Of a stretch of DNA of 64,000 nt, positions 1 to 12,179 are shown in pieces. The position numbers and the translations under genes are program-made. This DNA is from Malacoraja senta. Lineage: Eukaryota. Location of the stretch: contig CM075999.1 in NCBI GenBank assembly GCA_038087875.1, positions 1,800,001-1,864,000 on the forward strand, read 5' to 3'. Under the pieces are notes generated by a model that was not told the origin of the DNA, did not search any database, and saw nothing but the letters and a program-made list of their open reading frames with translations. Position 1 is the first letter of the stretch; each line of letters begins with the position of its first letter.

Positions 1-301
1 AGGTACACAAAAATGCTGGAGAAACTCAGCGGGTGCAGCAGCATCTATGGAGCGAAGGAAATAGGTAACGTTTCGTGCCGAAACCCTTCTCCCTGGTCAC
101 AGGGAGAACCTGCCTCTCTCATTAAGGAGTGGATGAGAAAGTAGGATAACATAGAAGCAGGGAGATCGCTGGTCGGCACGGACTTGGCGGGCCGAAGGGC
201 CTGTTTCCATGCTAAATGTCTAAACTAGGCTAAACTGTGCTGAGCAAACTAAGCTAATCTAAATATTCTATAGTATCCGTAAAATTCCCTTTTAAAACCA
301 C

Positions 302-604
302 TTTAGTTTACTTTAGACTTTGGAGATCCAGCGCAGAAACAGGCGGTTCAACCATCCGCACCAACCAGCGATCCCCGCACACTAACACCGTCCTACACAC
401 ACCAGGGACAATTTACAATTTTACCAAAGCCAATTAACCTACAAACCTGCACGTCTTTGGAGTGTGGGAGGAAACCGGAACATCCGGAGAAAACCCACGT
501 ACAAATGTACAAACTCCGTACAGACAGCACCCGTGGTCAGGATGGAACCCGGGTCCCCGGCGCTGTGAGGCAGCAACTCTACCGCTGCGTCACCGTGCCG
601 CCCC
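302..604 (-). mobile_element. HE1-like tRNA-derived V-SINE, near full length
   Basis: Reverse strand reads GGCACGGTGACGCAGCGGTAGAG (A-box-like) ... GGGTTCCATCC (B-box-like), then the conserved central domain and a CCTGTTTC...TCTC tail; matches many other copies in the window. Confidence 0.85.
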
Positions 605-1199
605 TAACTGTGTGAAACCTGTTTCAGGCATTGCATCCCAGATCATAGTGGAGAACATTGCATCTCATCACACCACTTTATCATTTGCAAATGATATCAA
701 ACTGGTTTCCCTTTCCCTCCTGAGCTTCTTGAAAGTGAATATCGGAATTGTTATCAACCATGATCAACCTCATCAAATCCCACCTTATCCTTCTCTCCTC
801 TCCCTTATCTCAACATTGGCAATAACTGAAGCCGCTCAACCAAGGTGTCATTCCAGCAAATCCTCTGTGCAGCCTCCGCAAAACCCCTTCCTTAAGTCTA
901 CAGCCCACAATTGCCAACCGAGCGATCAATTTTTAAAGGTGACATCTTCCAATTTCCTGGTCGACATTTAACCCTCGACAACACCATCAAACTGGCCATT
1001 TGTAAGCACTCTGTCCATTTTGTTCTTCTGGTCTATTTTACGGCCTTCAATACCCACAGTGCGGTGTTTTAGCTAAATCTAAATGTTATTAGTTATTTAA
1101 GTAATGATATCGGATGGAAGCTGCATACCAAATCTCGTTGCACATATGTGCAATGACAATAAAAGATATTATTATTTTTATTATTATTATTATTATTAC

Positions 1200-1448
1200 C
1201 TTCCCCTCGCTAACATTGTTCTATTGTACATTTTTCTTGAACTTTGTCCCCTTTGATCTCTCGTTTTCACACCTTTCCCTTCCATATCTCCCTTTTCCCT
1301 CTCCCCTGACTCTCAGTCAGAAGAAGGGTCTCGACCCGAAACGTCACCCGTCCCTTCTCTCCAGAGACGCTGCCCGTCCCGCTGAGTTACTCCAGCATTT
1401 TGTGTCTATCTTCGGTGTAAACCAGCACCTGCAGTTCCTTCCTACACA
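1200..1448 (+). mobile_element. Penelope-like element 3'/pLTR fragment with mutated hammerhead motif
   Basis: Pyrimidine-rich stretch then CAGAAGAAGGGTCTCGACCCGAAACGTC...GCTGAGTTACTCCAGCA...CTGCAGTTCCTTCCTACA; homologous to the 3' end of the GIY-YIG element at 25815-26450. Confidence 0.7.
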
Positions 1449-2002
1449 GGTGTTCCCGCAAGAGGTGTACCATTTGCGCATCACCGCTCTGGTCCGTAGA
1501 CGAGGTTCCAATCTTCAGTTGCCTCCATCCCATTTCTTCTCTGCTTCAACAAAGCCGAATGCAAGTTTAGCGATCAACACCTCATCTCCCGACCAGCCAC
1601 GTTACAGCCTCTTGCCATCAACAGTAAAGTCAGACAAGCAGCACAGCAGTGCAGCGGCAGAGACCCAGATTCAAATCCTGACCATGGGTGTTGTCAGTGC
1701 GGAGTTTGCCCGTTCTCCTTGTGACCAAGTGGGTTTTCTCCGGATGCTCCGATTCCCCCCACATTCCAAAGAGGTGCAGGTTTGTTGGTTAATCGGCCTT
1801 TTTCAAATTGCCCCGAGCTTGCAGGATGGGAAAGTGCGAATTCATCGAACTAGCGTTCTGTTGTGGGAGAGATTATTATCTTGGCATCATTAAGTGTTCG
1901 ACCAATTTTATTACCAGTGTTCATTTGTCTTATTTTTATTTTTATACCAATTTTTATTTTTATTACCAATATACCAATGTTATTACCTCATGCTGTTCTG
2001 AG

Positions 2003-2539
2003 GATCTGAGGAAGGACATTATTGCCATAGAGGGAGTGCAGAGAAGGTTCACCAGACTGATTCCTGGGATGTCAGGACTGTCTTATGAAGAAAGACTGGA
2101 TAGACTTGGTTTATACTCTCTAGAATTTAGGAGATTGAGAGGGGATCTTATAGAAACTTACAAAATTCTTAAGGGGTTGGACAGGCTAGATGCAGGAAGA
2201 TTGCTCCCGATGTTGGGGAAGTCCAGGACAAGGGGTCACAGCTTAAGGATAAGGGGGAAATCCTTTAAAACCGAGATGAGAAGAACTTTTTTCACACAGA
2301 GAGTGGTGAATCTCTGGAACTCTCTGTCACAGAGGGTAGTTGAGGCCAGTTCATTGGCTATATTTAAGAGGGAGTTAGATGTGGCCCTTGTGGCTAAAGG
2401 GATCAGAGGGTATGGAGAGAAGGCAGGTACGGGATACTGAGTTGGATGATCAGCCATGATCATATTGAATGGCGGTGCAGGCTCGAAGGGCCGAATGGCC
2501 TACTCCTGCACCTAATTTCTATGTTTCTATGTTTCTATG
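2003..2539 (+). mobile_element. CR1 LINE 3' fragment (subfamily A, (TTCTATGT)n tail)
   Basis: Translates to RKDIIAIEGVQRRFTRLIPGMSGLSYEERLDRLGLYSLEFRRLRGDLIETYKIL...FFTQRVVNLWNSL (CR1 ORF2 C-terminus); followed by 3'UTR and octamer repeat tail. Confidence 0.92.
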
Positions 2540-2935
2540 CTGCCCCAGCAAGGCCAGCAGCATAATCAAGGACGAGTCACACCCTGGCCACTCCCTCATC
2601 TCCCCTCTCTCATCACGCAAGAGGTACAGAAGTGTGAACACGCACACCTCCATATTCAGGGACAGTTTCTTCCCAGCTGTTATCAGGCAACTGAACCATC
2701 CTACCACAACCAGAGAGTGGTCCTGAACTACTATCTATCTCATTGGTGACCCTCGGACTATCCTTGATCGGACTTTGCTGGCTTTACCTTGCACTAAACA
2801 TTATTCCCTTATCCTGTATCTGTACACTGTAAATGACTCGATTGTAATCATGTGTTGTCTTTCCGCTGACTGGTTAGCACGCAACAAAAGCTTTTCACTG
2901 TACCTTGGTACACGTGACAATAAACTAAAGGAACT
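2540..2935 (+). mobile_element. Rex1/Babar LINE 3' fragment
   Basis: Encodes KASSIIKDESHPGHSL...RYRSVNTHTSIFRDSFFPAVIRQLN; 3'UTR ends GACAATAAACTAAA. Confidence 0.75.
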
Positions 2936-3084
2936 AATTTGATCATGGTTGTGCGCTTTACTAAATTATAGTTTCTTATTTTGCAAAGGTTAGGAAGATA
3001 GTTAATGGATGTGATCAAATTTAAAGGGTTTTGATGGCGTAAATATGGAGATATTGTTTTCTTCCTCTTATGACTATAACCGGT

Positions 3085-3405
3085 GTCACGGTGGCGCAGC
3101 GGTAGAGTCGCTGCCTTAAAGCCTTGCAAAGCCGGAGACCCGGGTTCGATCCTGACTACGGGCGCTGCCTGTACGGAGTTTGCACGTTCTCCCCGTGACC
3201 TGCGTGGGATTTCCCCGAGATCTTCGGTTACCTCCCACACTCCAAAGACGTGCAGGTTTGTAGGTTAATTGGCTTGGTGTGTATGTGTAAATTGTCCCTA
3301 GTGTGTGTAGGATAGTGTTAGGGTGCGGGGATCGCTGGTTGGCACGGACTCCGTGGGCCGAAGGGCCTGTTTCCATGCCGTATCTCAAAACTAAACGAAA
3401 CTAAC
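3085..3405 (+). mobile_element. HE1-like V-SINE, full length
   Basis: GGTGGCGCAGCGGTAGAG / GGGTTCGATCC Pol III boxes, central domain, GGGCCGAAGGGCCTGTTTCC tail, (ACTAA)n end. Confidence 0.9.
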
Positions 3406-3962
3406 CAAAGAGATATTCTTATACATTCCCCTGCAGGGCAGAAAATTGCTCGAAGTTAAGTGTGGATCCAGTAAAAATAGTTATTGTTCATCCTCTGAAA
3501 ACTGGAGTTGCGTGCTGCTCAGCACAGCAGTCGATCTAAGTGGGGTTTTTTTTATAACGTATCAGCCGATGACATTTATGGATGACAACTGAAGATTGTT
3601 GATGTGTAGCACAGTGTGCCTCGTCAACATTGAACTAATAATATTGCCTCATTACTAAACCATTATTTGCACTTAGTTTGCAAAAAATTCCTTGATGGAG
3701 TGACATGAATCAATCCATAATCAGGTCCTGATGTACCATGAGCAAAACTTTAATTTCCCTTCAGCAATTAAAGCCGATTCCACTCCGCCCCTCTGTTCTA
3801 TTCAACCCCAATGCCAATTGTGCTGGGCTGTGGGAAGCTTCACTGATTAATGCTTTAGGATGGGCAGAGCCTGAGGTAGGCCTCGCCCTTGTATTTATTC
3901 CCATTGCCCACCATTATTCCAGAGCCCTCATAGCCATCTTCCATCTCTCGCCTTAAACCTTA

Positions 3963-4281
3963 AAGCCCTGTCCCACTGTACGAGTTCATTCCAAGAGCTC
4001 TCCCGAGTTTAAAAAAAAATCTAACTCGTGGTAAGCAGGGAGAATGAACGTAGCGGGTACGTCGGAGCTCGGGGACGTCTCTTAGCGGCTCGTAATGCTA
4101 ACGGCAGGTACTCGGGAAGCACGGTAAGCTCGGGAAGACTCGTGAAGATTTTTCAACATGTTGAAAAATGTCCACGAGAGCCCCGAGTACCGACGGGCGG
4201 CCATTACCGTAAATCTCCGAGTTCGAATCAGGGCAAACACGGGAGAGCTCTTGAATTAGCTCGTACAGTGGGACAGGGCTT
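3963..4281. mobile_element. MITE / non-autonomous DNA transposon, PIF/Harbinger-like
   Basis: TIRs AAGCCCTGTCCCACTGTACGAG...CTCGTACAGTGGGACAGGGCTT; flanks TTA/TAA; same family at 21145 and 42518. Confidence 0.8.
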
Positions 4282-4299
4282 TAACACTATCCTAAATTG

Positions 4300-4414
4300 T
4301 TTCGGCCCGAAACGTCGCCTATTTCCTTCGCTCCATAGATGCTGCCTCACCCGCTGAGTTTCTCCAGCATTTTTGTCTACCTTCGATTTTCCAGCATCTG
4401 CAGTTCCTTCTTAA
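4300..4414 (+). mobile_element. Short Penelope-derived insertion
   Basis: 115 bp pLTR-type sequence flanked by 14-bp duplication ACTATCC(T/A)AAATTG (4286-4299 / 4415-4428). Confidence 0.75.
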
Positions 4415-4489
4415 ACTATCCAAAATTGAACTGCATCACAACACCCACCCACGGATTTATTTTGCCCCGTCCCAAACTAGACTAAACCG

Positions 4490-4672
4490 GCATGGTGGCG
4501 CAGCGGTGGAGTTGCTGCCTCACAGCGACACAGACCCGGGTTCGATCCCGACTACGGGTGCCGTCTGTACGGAGTTTGTACGTTCTCCCCGTGACCTGCG
4601 TGGGTTTTCTCAGGGATCTTCGGTTTCCTCCCACACTCCACAGACGTACAGGTGTGTAGGTTAATTGGCTTG
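4490..4672 (+). mobile_element. HE1-like SINE, 5' part
   Basis: tRNA head and central domain; tail missing. Confidence 0.85.
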
Positions 4673-6667
4673 GTCTTACCTCCGTCTCCTTGTACATGTT
4701 GCCCAGAATTCTAAACTTAATGGGCTGGGAATTGGATCTGCCTCGGTTTGGAATAGCTTCCTTGGCTTTATCTGGAGTGTCTGCACAATGTTTTAGTCAG
4801 TTTAAAGTCTGTTTTGGGGGAATCTTTAACGTTTCTATGTGGGGGAGGGGGGGGAAGGGTAAGGGGGGGAAACTGTCTCCCAGTTGCTTCCTGGCGGGGA
4901 CGCGACTATTTCTCCGAGTCGCGTCCTCGCCCCCCCCTCCTCGCGGCCTACCACCTGGATCGGAGCGGCCTTTCCTGCCGGGGACCGGGAACGGGACCGC
5001 AGGCTACAACAGCGGCCGCGCGGCGTTGGATTCACCGTGGAGCGGGCGATGCCGACCTGGATCGCCGTTGAAGCTCCGGAGCGTTGGGCCCGCTGCTCCA
5101 ACATCGCGGAGCTGTGGTTTGGGAGAGCGTGGAGTCCCGGGGCCCTTTGCCGAGGGCCACCAGCGCTGCATCTCCGCCCAGCGCGGCCTGCGGACTTTGG
5201 GAGCCGCGGACGTCCCGGATGTCCAGGCTGCTGAGGGCTCGTGGGGGCCCGACCACAGGGTGAACATCAGGAACATTGGAGGAAGATGACTGACTTTGGT
5301 GGCTTCCATCACAGTGGGAAACTTTGATTCTGCTGTGTGGGGATGTTTTTATGTTGAACGCTATCGTGTGTTGTGGTCTTTATTTTTATTGTATGGCTGT
5401 ATGGTGACCACATTTCACTGTGTCATCTGGCACATGTAGCAAATACATGTATCTTCATCTTGCTCTTGAATCTATATATCTATGCTGTAAAAAAGATCCA
5501 TTGATTTGGCCTCCACAGCCTTCTGTGACAATGACTTCCACAGATTCACCGCACATACAGTGTGGAAACGGGCCCTTCTGCCCACCGAGTCCTCACCGAC
5601 CACCAATCCCACGCATTAGCAACAACTTACAGTTTGACCAAAGCCAACTAACCGTCAAACCTGGGCGTCTTCGGAGTGTGGGCGGAAGCCGGAGCACCCG
5701 GAGAAAACCCACGCAGGTCCAGGGGAGAAAATACAGGCAGCACCCGTAGTCAGGATGGAACCGGGGTCTCTGGCGCTGTGAGGCAGCAACTCTACCGCTG
5801 CGCCACCGTGATGCGAGGAGACTTTAACTCGTCATAGTTCATTAACGTCTTATTTATAAACCGTTGCAGTTATTAATTTTTGCACAACTCAACCAGCTAT
5901 GATATTGCTCACTATAGATAACAACCCAGCAAGCACGGGTTCATTACAAGTTATTCAAGCAAACCGTCAAACAGGGAAGGAGCAGTGATTGGTATTCGAC
6001 TGAGAAAGGAACTTGATAAGTGACAGAGAATACTTTCTGGAGGGAGCAGGCAGGGTCAAGGTGTGTGTCATGAGTGTTATGTTTTAGTTTAAGAGATGCT
6101 GCGTGGAACCAAGCCCTTTGGCCCACCGTGTCAACGATCACCCGCGTACACTGGTTCTATCCCACACATGCTCCAGTCAATTTACGAAAGACAATTAACG
6201 CGAGTGGGAGGAAACCGGAGCACCCGGAGAAAACCCACGCGGTCGAAGGGAGACCATGCAAACTCCGCACAGACAGCACCCGTGGTCAAGGACGAGGAGG
6301 TTGAATATATTATAGATAAAAATGTTAATAATTTAATTTGATAATTTTGTTTAAGTGTTTTTTAAATTGTGTGAGCTTTCTACTCTCCCTTGTAAATTGT
6401 AAATTTGTTTAAAAATCTAATAAAAAAAACATTTACGGAATAAAAAAAAAAGGAAAAAAAAAAAACCGGGGTCTCTGGAGTTGTAAATCGACAACTCTAC
6501 TCCTGCGCCACTGCGCCCCCTCTTGTTGAATGAGACTGTTATGGTTCCAATCCTCTACAATCCTCACCCGTGGTCAGGATGGAACCCGGGTCTCTGGCGC
6601 TGGAAGTCAGCAACTCTACCGCTGCGCCACCGTACCGCCCCTTGAGTTTTACTCGAGATTCCCCAAT

Positions 6668-6988
6668 AGTTTAGTTTAGTTTAGAGATACAGCGCGGAAA
6701 CAGGCCCTTCGGCCCCACCGAGTCCGCGCCGACCAGCGATCCCCGTGCATTAACACCATCCTACACACACTAGGGACAATTTACACATTTACACCCAGCC
6801 AATTAATCTACAAACCTGCACGTCTTTGGAGTGCGGGAGGAAACCGAAGATCTCGGAGAAAACCCACGCGGTCACGGGAGAACTTGCAAACTCTGTACAG
6901 GCAGCACCCGTGGTCAGGATCGAACCCGGGTCTCCAGCGCTGCATTCGCTGTAAGGCAGCAACTCTACCACTGCGTCCACCGTGGCCA
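6668..6988 (-). mobile_element. HE1-like V-SINE, full length
   Basis: (TTTAG)n then reverse complement of the complete SINE. Confidence 0.9.
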
Positions 6989-7075
6989 CAATTCCTGTGG
7001 CGATCTTTTGTTTGTTGCACTGAGACCGACAAGGCAGCTTCTTCCTCCAACGTGTGAAAGACATCGCTTTACATT

Positions 7076-7568
7076 GACAATAGACAATAGACAATAGGTG
7101 CAGGAGTAGGCCATTCGGCCCTTCGAGCCAGCACCGCCATTCAATGTGATCATGGCTGATCATCCCCAATCAGTATCCCGTTCCTGCCTTCTCCCCATAT
7201 CCATTGACTCCGCTATTTTTAAGAGCCCTATCTAGCTCTCTCTTGAAAGCATCCAGAGAACCTGCCTCCACCGCCCTCTGAGGCAGAGAATTCCACAGAC
7301 TCACCACTCTCTGTGAGAAAAAGTGTTTCCTCGTCTCTCCGTTCTAAATAAATAACTTACCCCTTATTCTTAAACTGTGCGTGGCCCCTGGTTCCGGACT
7401 CCCCCAACATCGGGAACATGTTTCCTGCCTCTAGCGTGTCCAAACCCTTAATAATCTTATATGTTTCAATGAGATTCCCTCTCATCCTTCTAAACTCCAG
7501 AGTGTACAAGCCCAGCTGCTCCATTCTCTCAGCATATGACAGTCCCGCCATCCCGGGAATTAACCTTG
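7076..7568 (-). mobile_element. CR1 LINE 3' fragment (subfamily B, (CTATTGT)n tail)
   Basis: RLIPGMAGLSYAERMEQLGLYTLEFRRMRGNLIETYKII; (GACAATA)n on the plus strand. Confidence 0.9.
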
Positions 7569-8044
7569 TATTTTGCATTGAGAATTAAGATTCAGGCAGA
7601 GTCCGTAAGCTTGTTAACCAACATCTCCGTACCGTATCTCTGTATTTCCCTCGAAGGTATTGGAGAGATGATGGTCTTTCAAATTAACAACAAGGAACCA
7701 AAAAAAAATTCCCAGTGCCTCTAGCACTACTGAGCAGTCCCATATGCCCTTCATCCTTGCCAGCTATTAATTCAGAAGAGGAACACAGTGTATAGACTGC
7801 ACCTCGAACAAAGTTAACAAGATGAAAGTTCAACGTAAGGTGGTTGGTGTTGAATGTTGAATTACGGTCTTGTAGAGTTTTAGAGATACAGCGTGGAAAC
7901 AGGCCCCCCCGAGTCCTGCCGACCAGCGATCGCCCGTTCACACACTCATTTCTTCAAGTGCCTATCTGACACGTGTCGAAAGGCCACGATCGTATCTGCC
8001 TCCACCACCACCCAAGAAAATTATTCTATCTAAAGAAGGGTTTC

Positions 8045-8318
8045 TTCTCCAGAGATGCTGGCTGACCCGCTCAGTTACTCCAGCACTTTGTACCCGTGCA
8101 CGTTCCCCAGAGATGCTGCCTGACCCGCTGAGTTACTCCAGCACTTTGTACCCGTGCACGTTCCCCACAGATGCTGCCTGACCTGCTGAGTTACTCCAGC
8201 ACTTTGTACCCGTGCACGTTCCCCAGAGATGCTGCCTGACCCGCTGAGTTACTCCAGCACTTTGTACCTGTCCACATTCTCCAGAGATGCTGCCTGACCC
8301 GCTGAGTTACTCCAGCAC
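8045..8318 (+). repeat. 58-bp tandem array (5 units) made from a Penelope pLTR segment
   Basis: Units start at 8045, 8103, 8161, 8219, 8277: TTC(C/T)CCAGAGATGCTGCCTGACCCGCTGAGTTACTCCAGCACTTTGTACCCGTGCACG. Confidence 0.9.
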
Positions 8319-8534
8319 TAACTGTGTTTTTTAAATCATTTATTTCATAAGTTTTGTTCTCAATTCTATTCAAGCCTTATGTCAAAAACATAGCTGGTCT
8401 CATTGAAGATGTTTCCATATATCTCCCAATAAAAATAATAATCATCAAGCAATTTGTCTTATTATTTATTGACTATCAGTCCAAACGACAAATAATACAA
8501 TTTCCAATGCGTTTGTTCATCAGATTAAGTTTTT

Positions 8535-8862
8535 AGAGATACAACGCGGAAATAGCCCTTCGGCCCACCGAGTCCGTGCCGACCAGCGATCGCCCGTTCA
8601 CACACTAGTTCCTTTATAGATACAGCGCGGAACAGGCCCTTCGGCCCACCGAGTCCGTGCCGACCAGCGATCGCCCGTTCACACACTAGTTTAGTTTAGC
8701 GATACAGCGCGGAAACAGGCCCTCGGCCCACCAAGACCGTACCGACCAGCGATGGACCGTTCACACACTAGCCCGGAGAAAACCCACGCTGGTCACGAGG
8801 AGAACGTGCAAACACCGCACAGATAGCACCCGTGGTCAGGATCGAAAACCGGACCTCTGGAG
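8535..8862 (-). mobile_element. HE1-like SINE with its ~81-bp tail triplicated
   Basis: Three copies of GATACAGCGCGGAAACAGGCCCTTCGGCCCACCGAG...CACACACTAG, followed by SINE body. Confidence 0.8.
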
Positions 8863-8924
8863 TTCCAGAGGAACCCCCGAGAATTTAAATCGTGAATTAT
8901 TTCGAGAGGGGTTGTATCCGGCAA

Positions 8925-9385
8925 CAGGGATGTAACGCTGAGGCTCTACAAGACGCAGGTCAGGCCACATTTGGAATATTGTGAACAGTTTGGACCCCGT
9001 ATCTGAGGAACGATGTGCTGGCTCTGGAGAGGGTCCAGAGGAGGTTTATAAGAACAATCCCAGGAATGAGTGGGTATAATGAGCGTTTGTCGGCACTGGA
9101 CCTGTACTCGCTGGAGTTTAGCAGAATGAGGGAGGGGGTGGGGCACATTGAAGTGTTTGTGAAAGGCCTGGATAGAGTGGATATGGAGAGGATGTTTGCA
9201 CTAGTGGGAGAATCTAGGACCAGAGGTCACAGCCTCCGAATTAAAGGACGTTCCTTTAGGAAGGAGATGAGGAGGAATTTCTTTAGCCAGATGGTGGTGA
9301 ATCTGTGGGATTCATTGCCACAGACGGCGTGGAGGCCACAAGTCAGTGGATATATTTAAGGCAGAGATAGATAGATTCTTGATTT
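8925..9385 (+). mobile_element. CR1 LINE fragment (older subfamily)
   Basis: LALERVQRRFIRTIPGMSG...LYSLEF...RTRGHSLRIKGRSFRKEMRRNFFSQ. Confidence 0.85.
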
Positions 9386-9399
9386 CCACAAGAAATCGC

Positions 9400-9835
9400 A
9401 GAGACCATCACGCGCACAAACAAACCTCCCTTCCATCGCCTCCATCTCCATACAGAGAGTTGTGGCCGCAGCCCAGACCATCACACACACAAACCAACCT
9501 CCCTTCCATCCATCGCCTCCATCTCCATACAGAGAGTTGTGGACACAGCCCAGACCATCACACACACAACCAACCTCCCTTCCATCCATCACCTCCATCT
9601 CCATCCAGAGAGTTGTGGACAGTTGCAGCCCAGACCATCATGACACAAACCAACCTCCCTTCCGTCCATCACCTCCATCTCCATCCAGAGAGTTGTGGAC
9701 AGTTGCAGCCCAGACCATCATGACACAAACCAACCTCCCTTCCATCCATCGCCTCATTCCCATCCAGAGAGTTGTGGACGCAGCCCAGACCATCATGACA
9801 CAAACCAACCTCCCTGCCATTGAATCCATCTACAT
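9400..9835 (+). repeat. Tandem array (~60-65 bp unit, about 6-7 copies) derived from a Rex1/Babar ORF segment
   Basis: Repeated CAGAGAGTTGTGGAC(AGTT)GCAGCCCAGACCATCA...CAAACCAACCTCCCTTCCATC; last unit reads QRVVDAAQTIMTQTNLPAIESIY. Confidence 0.8.
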
Positions 9836-10314
9836 GTGAGATGTGTTTCAGTGCCCACAATCACGATGCCAGAAACAAAGTCGTGGAAACAAGAAATTAT
9901 TTTATTTGCGAGTCTGCAGAGTCGGGTGCCTCTCCAACCGAGACACACCGAAGTCAAGAAATTAAAACCCCGTTATACACACAATTCTGCTGACTTGGCC
10001 TCCCCTTCTGGCTCCTTCCAATCGGAGCACTGAGGTGCACAATCTTCCCGCACCACCCCCAGCACCTCCCAGATCATACATCGCATGTTCATGGTTATGA
10101 GCAATTTTCGATCAGGGGCGTATATGTAATATGCATTTACTTCATTAAGCATGCGCACTAACTATTCCCTTGACGCAGTTTCTTGTGTTTACAGCTGCAT
10201 TCTTTATCTCTTTCTGCCTTTGTACAATGTTATCAGGGGTGCTCAAGGACGGTGGCGGTTTAACCATTCAGGCCCTCACAATGAATGGTCCCGGTTTAAT
10301 CATTCTATCCCTCA

Positions 10315-10610
10315 CATACACCTCGCGCTGCCTCGGCAAGGCCAGCAGCATAATCAAGGACCAGTTTCACCCCGGTCACTACCTCTCCTCCCCTCTCCAT
10401 GGGGCAAGAAATACAGAAGTGTGAAAACGCAAGCACACACCTCCAGACTCAGGGATAGTTTCTTCCCGGCTGTTATCAGGCAACTGAACGTCCTGTCACC
10501 ATCAAGAGAGCGGTCCTGACCTCCCATCTACCTCATTGCAGACCCTCGGACTACCCTTGATCGGAATTTGCTGGCTTTATCGGTGCACTAAACGTTTTTC
10601 CCTTTATTCT
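10315..10610 (+). mobile_element. Rex1/Babar LINE 3' fragment
   Basis: TYTSRCLGKASSIIKDQFHPGH...RDSFFPAVIRQLN; same family as 2540-2935. Confidence 0.75.
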
Positions 10611-10629
10611 GTTCCCTTTATCACCGTCT

Positions 10630-10883
10630 TTTATGAAAGATGTCGTCGAGCTGGACATGGTTCAGAGAAGATTTACGGAGATGTTGCCGGGACTCAAGGG
10701 GCCTGAGCTACAGGGAGAGGTTGGGGCAGGCTGGACTCTATTCCTTGGAGCGCAGGAGGATGAGGGGTGAACTTATAGAGGTGTACAAAATCACCAGAGG
10801 AATAGATCGGGTAGACGCACAGAGTCTCTTGCCCAGAGGACATGGGTTTGTGAGAGAGGGGAAAAATTGAGAGGGAGACAGAG

Positions 10884-10978
<95 letters not shown>

Positions 10979-11019
10979 GAGAGAGAGGGAGAGAGAGAGG
11001 GGGGAGAGGGAGAGGGAGA

Positions 11020-11075
<56 letters not shown>

Positions 11076-11575
11076 GAGAGAGGGAGAGGGAGTGAGAGAG
11101 AGAGAGGAGGATAGATGAAAGATTTAATAGGAACCTGAGGGGTGACCTTTCCACACAGAGGGTGGTGGGTGTGTGCAACGAGGTGGCGGAGGAGGTAGTT
11201 GAGTCTGGGACTAGCAAACACTTGGACAGGTACATAGAGAGGACAGGTGTGGAGGGATATGGTCCAAACGCGGGCATGTGTAACTAGTGTAGTGAGTCAT
11301 GTTGGCCGGTGTGGGCAAGTTGGGCTGAAGTGCCTGTTTCCACACTGTATCACTCTATGACTAGTGTAGATGGGGCATGTTGGCCGGTGTGGGCTGAAGG
11401 GCCTGTTTCCACACTGTATCTCTCTATGACTAGTGTAAATGGGCTATGTTGACCGGTGTGGCAAGTTGTGCTGAAGAGCCTGTTTCCACGCTGTATGACT
11501 AGTGTAGATCGGGGATGTTGACCGGTGTGAGCAAGTTGGGCTGAAATGCCTATTCCACGCTGTATCACTCCATAA
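10630..11575 (+). mobile_element. CR1 LINE 3' fragment (HER1-like subfamily D) with internal (GA)n and ~4x tandem tail
   Basis: GLYSLERRRMRGELIEVYKITRGIDRVD; tail GGGCTGAAGGGCCTGTTTCCACACTGTAT repeated in units starting near 11283, 11360, 11429, 11498. Confidence 0.85.
10868..11115 (+). repeat. (GA)n microsatellite
   Basis: Direct reading. Confidence 0.98.
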
Positions 11576-11973
11576 CTCATTACGTATCTGTACAATGTGC
11601 ACGGCTCGATTGCAATCATGTACAGTCTTCCCGCTGATTGGAGAGAACGCTAGAAGTAAGCTTTTCACTATACCTCGGTACACGGGACAATAAACTCAAC
11701 TGAAACCTCTGGACATGTAAAACAGAATAATGGTCACCAAGTAAAATTGTAAGAATTATAATGAAGAGAATATCCGTTGATTATTGTGCGGGTTCATCGT
11801 TGATAGCTTCGATGTGTGTCATGTCATCTAACAGGCGTTCTCTTAATGTAAACACGGTAATTCTGTAAATATCAAAAAAAAATAACAATACAACAATATC
11901 ATAGAGAGATATAGCGTGGAAAAATACGCTTCGGCCCAACTCGCCCACACCGGCCAACATGTCACATCTACAC

Positions 11974-12173
11974 NNNNNNNNNNNNNNNNNNNNNNNNNNN
12001 NNNNNNNNNNNNNNNNNNNNNNNNNNNNNNNNNNNNNNNNNNNNNNNNNNNNNNNNNNNNNNNNNNNNNNNNNNNNNNNNNNNNNNNNNNNNNNNNNNNN
12101 NNNNNNNNNNNNNNNNNNNNNNNNNNNNNNNNNNNNNNNNNNNNNNNNNNNNNNNNNNNNNNNNNNNNNNNNN
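11974..12173. other. Assembly gap (200 N)
   Basis: Run of N. Confidence 1.
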
Positions 12174-12179
12174 AACATG

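Noticed and set aside
1114..1893. 259-aa ORF with hydrophobic N-terminus
   Set aside because: Strings together a (TAT)n tail, a Penelope fragment and a SINE; a chance open frame
1808..2440. 210-aa ORF (and similar ORFs at 31404-32120, 47764-48420, 62792-63217) as host genes
   Set aside because: They are CR1 ORF2 C-terminal fragments from 5'-truncated copies, fused by chance to flanking sequence
3085..3160. tRNA gene
   Set aside because: tRNA-like A/B boxes are the head of a multi-copy SINE; no intact cloverleaf with terminator
6295..6465. Processed pseudogene / L1 tail inserted in a SINE
   Set aside because: AT-rich with AATAAA and poly(A), but no TSD or identifiable homology; too weak to classify
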